A model generated the notes under the pieces. The model was not told the DNA's origin. It did no database searches and saw only the letters and a program-made list of their open reading frames with translations. From Candidatus Bathyarchaeia archaeon (GTDB lineage: Archaea > Thermoproteota > Bathyarchaeia > 40CM-2-53-6), in the NCBI GenBank assembly GCA_050013255.1, contig JBEKFP010000001.1, positions 1,280,001 through 1,344,000 of the forward strand: DNA of 64,000 bases. Reading direction: 5' to 3'. This document shows, one piece after another, positions 38,078 through 46,710 of the stretch (the stretch's first letter is position 1; each line of letters opens with the position of its first letter). The position numbers and the translations under genes are program-made.

Positions 38078-39346
38078 TTACTCCAAAAGAAATGCCCGTA
38101 TCATATCCCAGTAATGAGAATGCTCAAGAGTACTGAAAACATCCTCGCATGAAGGTGGACTATCTGATGCATTTGGTGGGGTTAATGGCCCTCTACTCAT
38201 ATTCTTGGCTTGGATCGTTTCTGGCATGTCAGCGAGAAACCGTTTGTTCAAGGCATAGTATGCTGTGACTATGAAGATTCCGACGAAAGTGAGCAGCACA
38301 CCGACGACTGCGAACAAGGTAGTCCATGGAATTTGAGTATAAACGTTCATGAATATTGAAGGCCTGAGCCCTGAATTCCCCGATAGAACCAAGTAGGGGT
38401 ACCTGCCGCCATCATTCATGAATTCCCCAATCATCGCCACAACGATTGCTACTGGGCCGAGAACAAGCGCATACTTCGGCACAACCCCGTATCCTCGCTT
38501 AATCCTCTTCCAGACGTTGACGGATGCGAGGACGAGTAATGTGATTAGTGATAGTTTCAACGCGAAGAGTGGGGCTACATCAAATGTTGACCCTGCTTGG
38601 CCAAGGATATTGGAATATAGCAATGGTGCTCTGCTGTTTAGGTTGATTAGGTAGGATGGCCCCAAAACTCCCTGCACCGCAAGGAACAGTACACCGTGCC
38701 AGAGACCTATCCAAGCGAATTTCGGGTTCACGTTACCCTTAATCGTGAAGAAGGATGCGACAATGAAACCGCCTATCGATAAGGCGCCAAACCACGTATG
38801 CAATACCAACCAGGGATACAGCGGGTTGAAGAACACGGCTATCCGTGCAATATCTTTCATTCCTTGCATAGCCATTGCTAATGCGTAAGGGTAAGTTAGC
38901 TCAGCGAAAATGTACCTGAAACCGAAAGGAACGCCAAACCCCGAAACAGCCATCACGAACCCGACTAGAGTATGCAGCCCTGGCCGAATCTTCCCCCAAG
39001 TATACCAGAATAGGGCGATTGTTGGGATCCGAATCAGTATGGCTGAGAGAGCGATGAGGATGGGCAAGAAGATTATGTCCGTCGCTGTAGCCATCAGCGT
39101 AGGAAAGAAGCCGGCCAATACCACCGTTATGATCGTGCCCCAGACCCCGCTGAAAAGCTCGTGGATTATCAGAATCTTGAAGACTTTCCTCGACATGACC
39201 TCGAGGTCTGGCTTGTGTCGGAACCAGGCGAGGAACCTTGCCATGGCGGAGATCCAGCCTGTTCCAAGGGTGATGTTGACTAGTATGATGTGAACGATTA
39301 CGGCGACGCCGAGGATCGTGAAGCCGAGTATCTCGGTGCTCGCCAG
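38078..39346 (-). CDS. Cytochrome bd subunit CydA' (second CydA-like subunit); probable CTG start
   Basis: In-frame extension gives TM1 VIVHIILVNITLG; HELFSG, LHTW, GGRYPY. Confidence 0.75.
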   Translation of the reverse strand: MASTEILGFTILGVAVIVHIILVNITLGTGWISAMARFLAWFRHKPDLEVMSRKVFKILIIHELFSGVWGTIITVVLAGFFPTLMATATDIIFLPILIALSAILIRIPTIALFWYTWGKIRPGLHTLVGFVMAVSGFGVPFGFRYIFAELTYPYALAMAMQGMKDIARIAVFFNPLYPWLVLHTWFGALSIGGFIVASFFTIKGNVNPKFAWIGLWHGVLFLAVQGVLGPSYLINLNSRAPLLYSNILGQAGSTFDVAPLFALKLSLITLLVLASVNVWKRIKRGYGVVPKYALVLGPVAIVVAMIGEFMNDGGRYPYLVLSGNSGLRPSIFMNVYTQIPWTTLFAVVGVLLTFVGIFIVTAYYALNKRFLADMPETIQAKNMSRGPLTPPNASDSPPSCEDVFSTLEHSHYWDMIRAFLLE

Positions 39347-39347
39347 C

Positions 39348-40895
39348 TTAGTCCACTCCTGCCCCTTTCTTCAGGAGTTCGGTGAACTTCAATCGTCTTG
39401 TTGAGACAATGTAGATGCCGTAGATTCCTACTATGGCGACGGCCACAAAGATTAGAGCAAAGGCTACGAAGACAAATGGGCTGATGGAAACAGGCGTTAT
39501 AAGTTCCTCTGGGTAAATCAACCCGTACACAGTCCAAGGCTTTCGGCCATCCTCACGTACGAACCAACCCAGACCACTCGCGAAAATCGACGCCGAGACA
39601 ACAAGCAGTGAAAGCAGGAACACAGACTTCTGTTCACCGAAACGATTGAGAATACGCTTCGTCAAACTTGACAGTGCACCGAGGTTGAAGTTCAGGGCAA
39701 CCAGCCCCACAATGGCCACCAAATCCAATATTCCGACGGCTATTTTCGCATAGTAGAGTGAATAGATTACAAGGAGGCGTGACTCGGACTTGGATAAGTC
39801 TGATAGGCAGACAGATTTTAGGGTCACCGAGGAAGCTGAACCCAACGTGATGTTAGGGGCAGCAGAAGCCGCGATGTTTCCGAGAGTTGTCTGCCCCAGT
39901 GAATCACATTGGCTTCTTAGCGTATCGAAACCAATTATTGGATGCTGCGGATCACCGTAGGCTAGGAAAGCTATCGGAGGATTTTGCGTTGTGTTGGCGG
40001 CGCCTTCCATCAGGGCGAATTTCGTAGGCTGCTGAACAGCAACAGCCTTACCCATCAGGTCGCCGAACACTGTTGGTTGAAGTATCAGCAGGACCAGAAG
40101 GATGGGCAGAAAAGCTTTCACAATCCTCACATACTTAGCCTGTCCAGTCTTCAAGAACCTGTAAGCGTACCCGACTAGGGCGAAGGACATCCCAACGATT
40201 ATTCCCGCGTTCACAGCGTGGAGTCCGCTTGCCAACGCGTAAGGAGAGGATAAAGCGACAAATGGGTCGCTCAACGTCAAACCAACAGCCCTTGCAAGGC
40301 CAGGGCTTTGCAAAACCTGCGACGCGGTTCCAGTAGCGAGTAGATTCTCAATGAGCTCCAACTTCAGCCTGACGAGGGCGGACGGGTCAGCTGCGCTCGG
40401 ACCGTATTGTGGTAGAAACGGGTACAGGTTTGACGCTAGATTGCCAGTTCCCCAGGGGACGTTCAGCCAACTGTTCACCGTCATTATCAAGACGCCGGAT
40501 AGAATGGCCATGGCACCATAGAAGATCATGATGCCTAAGCTTGCAAGCGGCCGAACCTTGCCCAATGTAACAATGAACATCACGAGCAGCACGATTTCGC
40601 CTATGAAGGCTACGAGTTCCAATGTTAGAGGCATCAGGCCGAAGGTTGCGATTACGAAGATTGAGCCAGGCCAAGCCTGAACAAGCCCAAATTCAACTAG
40701 GGTTCCAGTTATCGCGCCAAGCGCGAAGTTGAGGCCGAGGACAGCAGTAACGTTCCGTGCAGCATCATAGTATTCCTGATCTTTGGTTCTCCACCATTGG
40801 AACAGTAGTCCTCCGATCACCCATGGAAAGCCTAGGGAAATGGTTAGGAAGAAGGCGTGAATGAAGATTCCTAAAGCGCTGATTGGAAGCAACAT
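39348..40895 (-). CDS. cydA: Cytochrome bd quinol oxidase subunit I
   Basis: IHAFF, NFALGAITG, LHAV, QQPTKFALMEG, GWFVREDGRKPW. Confidence 0.9.
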   Translation of the reverse strand: MLLPISALGIFIHAFFLTISLGFPWVIGGLLFQWWRTKDQEYYDAARNVTAVLGLNFALGAITGTLVEFGLVQAWPGSIFVIATFGLMPLTLELVAFIGEIVLLVMFIVTLGKVRPLASLGIMIFYGAMAILSGVLIMTVNSWLNVPWGTGNLASNLYPFLPQYGPSAADPSALVRLKLELIENLLATGTASQVLQSPGLARAVGLTLSDPFVALSSPYALASGLHAVNAGIIVGMSFALVGYAYRFLKTGQAKYVRIVKAFLPILLVLLILQPTVFGDLMGKAVAVQQPTKFALMEGAANTTQNPPIAFLAYGDPQHPIIGFDTLRSQCDSLGQTTLGNIAASAAPNITLGSASSVTLKSVCLSDLSKSESRLLVIYSLYYAKIAVGILDLVAIVGLVALNFNLGALSSLTKRILNRFGEQKSVFLLSLLVVSASIFASGLGWFVREDGRKPWTVYGLIYPEELITPVSISPFVFVAFALIFVAVAIVGIYGIYIVSTRRLKFTELLKKGAGVD

Positions 40896-41138
40896 TGAAG
40901 TTGCAACCACGACCGTCAAGCCTCGATTACAGAAACACTGGACCAACAAACCGGTCTGCTGAATTTTAAGGAACGGTATGTAGAGTAATGCTGGCTGTCA
41001 AAAAAGACGAGCGTCGTAAAGAATTGAGCTGCGTTCCTGTCAGCTCAATAATGTGAACTCTCGCATGTTTTCAGCGGTGAAAACCCGTCGAGATAGCTTA
41101 TCACGATGTTCGATTGAGCAAGCACGCAAGGGTCTGCC

Positions 41139-42263
41139 GTGAACTTCTACATCACATTGACGACCAACTGCAACCTCAGATGCAGCTACTGCTACGGCAA
41201 GTCCTGCGAGGATTTTGGGTGCGACTTCCATGGGCTCGCAGTCGACTATTCGTTGCCCAGTGAAGTTGCCTATGACAGCGAGGTGCTGCGGAATTTTCTG
41301 CAGAAAGATCGAGAGGCCGCCCTGATTTTCTACGGAGGTGAGCCCCTGCTCCAGTTGAGCAAACTGCGAGAGATCATGAACACCGTCCAAGCTGACAAGT
41401 TCATCATCCAGACCAATGGCCTTTTGCTAGACAGGTTGGAGCCTGGGTACGTGAACAGATTCCGATCGATCTTCGTATCACTAGACGGCGAAGAAGCGTT
41501 GACGGACCATTATAGAGGGAAGGGGGTCTACAGGCGAGTTGCACGCAACCTGAGGCTGATCCGCGAGAACGGGTTTAAAGGCGAGGTAGTAGCGCGAATG
41601 ACCATCGGAGAAGAGACTGAGATCGATACACAAGTCCAGGCGTTACTTAACGGCGCAGAGCTGCCGATATCATCAGTCCATTGGCAGCTTGATGCGCTCT
41701 TTTGGCAGAATGACTATTCGAAGCGACAGTTCTCAGAGTGGGCTAGGACGAGTTACAACCCGCGCCTTAGGAGACTCATCGACCTTTGGGTGCAGCGCAT
41801 GAAGGATACCGGCGAGGTACTGCGGCTCTATCCGCTTCTCGGAGTCATGCAGTCTCTGCTTCTCGGCGAATCGAACCACCTACGTTGCGGCGCCGGTTGG
41901 ATTGTCTTCAACATCCAGACTGACGGGAACATAACACCCTGCCCCGTCATGGCGGGAATGAAAGACTTCTACCTAGGAAACATTCGCGAAACGCATCCCG
42001 AGAGTCTGAGAAACGCCGAGTTCGTATCCGAGCCTTGCACGCAATGCCAAGCACTTCCGATCTGCGGTGGGCGTTGCCTTTACGCGAATGTCACTAAACT
42101 TTGGGGGAACGAAGGATTCAGGCAAGTCTGCGCAACCGTCACCGACATGATAAACGCATTGCAGGAGGCACTACCCGAAGTAAGGTCCCTCATAGATAAT
42201 GGAAGAGTTCGGCTAGATTCTTTTGACTACATGAAATACAACGGATGCGAAATAATACCCTAA
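41139..42263 (+). CDS. Radical SAM/SPASM protein (AF0577-like archaeal family)
   Basis: CNLRCSYC, FYGGEP, C-terminal CxxC...CGGRC, YNGCEIIP end. Confidence 0.9.
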   Translation: MNFYITLTTNCNLRCSYCYGKSCEDFGCDFHGLAVDYSLPSEVAYDSEVLRNFLQKDREAALIFYGGEPLLQLSKLREIMNTVQADKFIIQTNGLLLDRLEPGYVNRFRSIFVSLDGEEALTDHYRGKGVYRRVARNLRLIRENGFKGEVVARMTIGEETEIDTQVQALLNGAELPISSVHWQLDALFWQNDYSKRQFSEWARTSYNPRLRRLIDLWVQRMKDTGEVLRLYPLLGVMQSLLLGESNHLRCGAGWIVFNIQTDGNITPCPVMAGMKDFYLGNIRETHPESLRNAEFVSEPCTQCQALPICGGRCLYANVTKLWGNEGFRQVCATVTDMINALQEALPEVRSLIDNGRVRLDSFDYMKYNGCEIIP

Positions 42264-42503
42264 TTCCCACAGAATCATTCCTCAAGGGGCCTTAGCCAAT
42301 TCGAGTACCCAAAGACGAGTCGGAAATGAGGAAATCGGCTGCGCTGACCCTCGAAGCCATGTTAGAGTATTGCCGTCGACTGTGAAACCAGGCCAGGTTA
42401 ACGCGCTGATTCTCTTCTAAGGTAAGAGTAAAATCGAAGTCTTCGCTCTCTACTTTCCCACCGTGTCTGACTGTTTGAATGTGTTGTGTCCGGGGGTGAC
42501 TGT

Positions 42504-42668
42504 ATGAGTGAAGAAGATGAAGATGAAGAAGAACGACTTGTCGGTACTCCTTGCCCAGTTCCTAATTGCCAAGGATTCGTCAAGAACGTATCGAAAGATC
42601 CTAACCTCGAAGAATTTGAATGCGATTACGGCCACATACTTGAGTACGAGCAAGTCAAAAAGAGATAG
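42504..42668 (+). CDS. Small acidic zinc-finger protein
   Basis: CPVPNC...CDYGH; GGGGGTGA Shine-Dalgarno. Confidence 0.55.
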   Translation: MSEEDEDEEERLVGTPCPVPNCQGFVKNVSKDPNLEEFECDYGHILEYEQVKKR

Positions 42669-42909
42669 AACCCGCTAGCAGCTTGAAAGGTGCGTCTTCT
42701 CTCCCTTTCTCTTTCTTTCTCCAGCTCCAATTGAACATCTAGTCTCGGTAGTTGTCTAGCAACCACTTGATTTCGCTTGCACCAATCGGTAGCGGAGCAA
42801 TTGGAACAGTCAATGTCGGCACCGATGCGTAGTGAATGCGGATAATTTGTTTCTTGGACAGAATGCGTGAGAACTTGGCTACGTTCGAGAGGCAGCCGCC
42901 ACATCAGAG

Positions 42910-43012
42910 GCCGGAAGCTTTGAAGACGTGGTAGTTCAGTTCAATATGAATAAACGTAAGACGGGCATTCTTCGCTGATAGGTCGTGACTTGATATGAAT
43001 TATGTTAGACTT
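42910..43012 (+). repeat. Copy 2 (orphan) of aldo/keto reductase upstream region plus first 6 codons
   Basis: Matches 1829-1931; the last 85 bp differ at 2 positions. Confidence 0.9.
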
Positions 43013-43462
43013 AGATTCCTGGGAAGATAGAAGCGGTCCTAACACAGAGCCAAACCCCCGACTCTTTATATTGACTAACCAAGGAACCTCGATCTTCTTA
43101 ACAATCTCAGTCTGCCCTAATCACATTGCAACGTATTGGACGTGTCTGAGTTTCTCGCCTTCGGGGCGCCAGCCAAGCTGTCTGTCCACGCGGAGCATAA
43201 CCGTCATGCTACTGGCACTTCTCGCTGTCTGGATAGCAAGGATTGGTGTAACTCGCAGGAAACATTTCCACACATGAAGGAACGCCTGTTCCAGTTAACC
43301 TCGTATCCGATGTGCCTGCGCTCAAATGATGCGGGCACCCGAATCTGAACAGGGTTATATGTACCGGTAAATTGGGTCAGAATCCCCTTCACCATCTCTG
43401 AATTAGATATCTAGTTATTTGGATCCAGAGATGCCGTACGATGACTTGATTGTGTGGACGAC

Positions 43463-43837
43463 CTATTGGCCCCAGTCCATTAGAATGAGCTCTTTGATTT
43501 CGGAGAAGACTAGCGCCATAACCACGCCAGCCAGTATTGGGCCATACCAGAAGCGCCAGTAAAGGGCAATAAAAGTGAACGGCATGAGGCCCATCCCAAA
43601 CACAAAGTGATGAATATGCGTGTTCGGGACATCCTTCTGTCCGCCGATCGCCTGGGAGGCCTTGCCAAACACGGACTTGGGCTGAGACTTCAACGGCCTT
43701 CCGACCTTGATCTTCAAGTCCTTGAAATCTAAGTATAACCGGAGTTTGACGGAGTCGGCAAGACTGCGAACTAGTATGTAGGATACCCAACCTGACATAA
43801 GGAACAATTCGAGATCGGTAAACCTAGGAATATCCAA
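43463..43837 (-). CDS. Small membrane protein
   Basis: HIHHFVFG motif; 3 hydrophobic segments. Confidence 0.65.
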   Translation of the reverse strand: MDIPRFTDLELFLMSGWVSYILVRSLADSVKLRLYLDFKDLKIKVGRPLKSQPKSVFGKASQAIGGQKDVPNTHIHHFVFGMGLMPFTFIALYWRFWYGPILAGVVMALVFSEIKELILMDWGQ

Positions 43838-44007
43838 ACCAGTTCACCGTTCAACATCCATTTTGATGTGGGTTTGTTCATGAGTCAAATGGCGTATTAA
43901 GGCGTTGGATGAAAATTCCACCAAGTTGGTGATGTGGTATCCTTGGTGCGCACCACGGGTACCGCCCCAAAAAAAGGAAAAACCGTCTGTGGATTGTTGT
44001 TAGTTGG

Positions 44008-44050
44008 TTCGTAGTGTGTGTGGGTCTAATGGTGCGCGCACACACACGAA
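44008..44050 (+). repeat. (GT)n...GGTGCGC(AC)n hairpin repeat, copy 1
   Basis: ttcgtagtgtgtgtgggtctaatggtgcgcgcacacacacgaa. Confidence 0.85.
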
Positions 44051-44246
44051 AACGACGCCCAACCTGACGGTTCAATTTCTCTTGTCCGCACGATCCTCCC
44101 CTTCCCGTTACGTCACCCGCCGAGTTGGAAAAGCTGCTTTCAAAACTGTTGCCAAGCAAACGATCACTCCTTCTTAGTTCCTCAATTCCAAATAGCGGAA
44201 GCAAGCCTGGGAATTGTTATAAAGACAGCGGGCTGTCTGCGTCTGC

Positions 44247-44732
44247 ATGACTCAACGAGTCGAACTCGAAAATTCGGACGACAACCTTTGCTTCGGATGT
44301 GGCCCACAGAATCCGATGGGGCTTAAGCTAAGATTCTTCATGGAAGGCGATCGTGTCATCACCGAATGCATCCCTACAAAGTGGTGGTCTGGTCAGCCCG
44401 GTGTCGTCAACCCTGGAATTGTATACGCAGTGCTCGTCGATCTGATCATCTGGACAGCCGGCGGAATTCTTCACCGAGTTCCCCTAATGCCTAAGACGAT
44501 TGACATGAAGCTTGGAGATGTCAGTACAAGACGCCCTATATCGGGAATAGGCTGGATCGTCAAGCGCGAGGGGCCCATGGCCCAGATCAGGGCTGAACTT
44601 AAGCAAGATGGGATGGTTAGGGCTTTGCTTGAAATGGAGACCAGGTCCGTAACTCGGGCGGAATATCAGAAGGCAAGGCCCATGGTGGAAATCCCAGCAT
44701 CACTCACAGGATTCTTTGAGGAAGAGTCGTAG
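44247..44732 (+). CDS. PaaI/hotdog-fold thioesterase-like protein
   Basis: CFGCGPQNPMGLKL, GQPGVVNPG. Confidence 0.85.
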   Translation: MTQRVELENSDDNLCFGCGPQNPMGLKLRFFMEGDRVITECIPTKWWSGQPGVVNPGIVYAVLVDLIIWTAGGILHRVPLMPKTIDMKLGDVSTRRPISGIGWIVKREGPMAQIRAELKQDGMVRALLEMETRSVTRAEYQKARPMVEIPASLTGFFEEES

Positions 44733-44845
44733 AGTCTTCAACGTCACGAGCGATAACGATGCAAGCCCCCTAACTAAGTACGTTTTTCATTTTCTGTCAA
44801 CTACGTCTCCAAAAGGCAGTTTGCCTGAGCTTAGCACGTCTCTTT

Positions 44846-44890
44846 CATTTGTGTGTGTGGTATAGCTGGTGCGCACACACACACAAAATG
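44846..44890 (+). repeat. Hairpin repeat, copy 2
   Basis: catttgtgtgtgtggtatagctggtgcgcacacacacacaaaatg. Confidence 0.85.
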
Positions 44891-44899
44891 TTGCTAGGC

Positions 44900-45727
44900 T
44901 TAGTAGAATGGTCCAGTAACCCGTGGTCTAACCTGAGTCATCGCCAGGCAAACCAGGTATAACGCGAAGTTTGCGCTAAGACGAATAAAGAAAAATGCAG
45001 TATCAAAATTAGCAGACTGCACAAGCAAGAATGCGACCAAAGAGGTCATCAACGGGACCAACGCACTGTAAAATACGTAGGCCAACGCAAGCAAGACTAA
45101 GTTTCTCGCAGCATACCATCTCCCCAGAAACCGCAACAGCAGAATCGCTGAAGCCAGCTGAAGGAATGCTAAGATAGGAACAAGACCCACCCATAACACA
45201 GTGTCGGAAAAAGTCGTCTGACCGAAAACTGCATCCGCGAAAAGAAGGTTCGTTGAACTAACCACGAGAGCAAGCGCTAACGAGAATAAGACGACCAGCA
45301 ACGTTTTGTGATCATACCTATCCCAGAGAGACCATACACTCGCAACAAGAGCATAGGCGGAAAAGCAACCTGCCAGAACACCAATCCATGTGCTGGTTCC
45401 TGATGCCGAGAATAATGCGGGGGGTTGGAGGAGTTGCAGATCCCCAAGAGCAGTAACGGCGGTCGTGATTGTATAGCCGAATATCGCAAGAGAGAAGAAT
45501 ATCAAAACTCGACCAATGAAGTTCCTTCTTCCACCAAACATCCGAGACGCCCGCCACCCAACAATCCCCGCAACAACCGTTTCCAGTCCTGCTGGTAGTA
45601 GACGTAGGTCAGATAACGCGGGCGGCAAGACAAGAATCAGAACTAGTGTGAGTACGAATAAACCCGTAATCGCTATAGCGTATTTGTTGAATTCAAACTT
45701 CATTGGATTTCCTAACTTAGAGTTCAT
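44900..45727 (-). CDS. Multi-pass membrane protein coupled to a KaiC-like ATPase
   Basis: About 8 TM helices; ATGA overlap with the ATPase stop. Confidence 0.75.
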   Translation of the reverse strand: MNSKLGNPMKFEFNKYAIAITGLFVLTLVLILVLPPALSDLRLLPAGLETVVAGIVGWRASRMFGGRRNFIGRVLIFFSLAIFGYTITTAVTALGDLQLLQPPALFSASGTSTWIGVLAGCFSAYALVASVWSLWDRYDHKTLLVVLFSLALALVVSSTNLLFADAVFGQTTFSDTVLWVGLVPILAFLQLASAILLLRFLGRWYAARNLVLLALAYVFYSALVPLMTSLVAFLLVQSANFDTAFFFIRLSANFALYLVCLAMTQVRPRVTGPFY

Positions 45728-46470
45728 CCTTTCGTCACCTCAATCCCGGTATTCGTTACCGAATATGCAACCGTCGTTCTCGGCGTTCCCAGCATGCCCT
45801 CGACCACCAGCTTTCCTTCAGCGTGCAGATTGACGAGGTTGTCTACGCTGGCTTTGATGATGTTCTCTGATTGTGGGTCGATCGAACCCTGGACGAGGGT
45901 GACGAGGACCCCTACAGCCCCCGCCTTCTTCATCTTCGAGCTATATTCCCTGAGAATCTTCACCACAAGCATCGGAGGGTTGTAGATGAAGAGGGGTGTG
46001 AGTGAATCCCAGATTGCTCGAAATCTGACATTGTCCTTAGCGAAGGATGACAATACCTCATTGAGACTCAACATGAGATCGGTTGGATTTGCTAGAGATA
46101 CAATTTTGAGTGAAGCGTCCTTGATAGAGGATGACGACGTGACGGGCGTCATTGAAATGACTTGGATGCCTCCCTGCTTCAACGCCTCCTGGATAGACCA
46201 ATTGAACCCTGACATGGCGCGGGCAAGTTCCTCCGTTCCATAGTCTGTGGTTACCACGACACATGCTTCATTCGACCTGATGGACTCGGCGAGGAAGTGA
46301 TACGCAAAAACCGACTTCCCAGCCTTAGGAGGCCCGTACACCATCGTTACCGTGCTCTCAGGAATGCCTCCCGAGGTAACAGCGTCGAGGCTCCCGATTC
46401 CAGAGCTTATTCTCCTCAACGCTGAAGAAACCGTACTAATCAACCAGCAGTGGGACGAATTGTAGAGCAC
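45724..46470 (-). CDS. KaiC/RAD55 family RecA-fold ATPase (true start probably near 46419)
   Basis: SSGIGSLD...GGIP, Walker A GPPKAGKS, WDSLT. Confidence 0.88.
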   Translation of the reverse strand: MLYNSSHCWLISTVSSALRRISSGIGSLDAVTSGGIPESTVTMVYGPPKAGKSVFAYHFLAESIRSNEACVVVTTDYGTEELARAMSGFNWSIQEALKQGGIQVISMTPVTSSSSIKDASLKIVSLANPTDLMLSLNEVLSSFAKDNVRFRAIWDSLTPLFIYNPPMLVVKILREYSSKMKKAGAVGVLVTLVQGSIDPQSENIIKASVDNLVNLHAEGKLVVEGMLGTPRTTVAYSVTNTGIEVTKG

Positions 46471-46641
46471 AAGCGCTATTATGACTTTTACCGTTGGTCT
46501 GAAAAACGATGTCGGGGGAGACGATCCCCGCGAAGATAATCGCGAGTGCGAATCAAACGCTATCCGAGTTCAGGAGTATCGAAACTGCTTGCGTCCACCT
46601 TGAGTTTGCGTGGCAACAAATCACAGTTACGACTGCCAAAG

Positions 46642-46658
46642 TGGCGCGCACACACATT
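46642..46658 (+). repeat. Half copy of the hairpin repeat
   Basis: tggcgcgcacacacatt. Confidence 0.5.
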
Positions 46659-46710
46659 ATCGAAAAACTCTTGTCTAACCGTGCACGTATACTCACCTCA
46701 GTCTTCCTTC

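Noticed and set aside
42270-43460. Additional genes in this interval beyond the small zinc-finger ORF
   Set aside because: Only short fragments without clear starts or recognisable motifs; treated as gene debris
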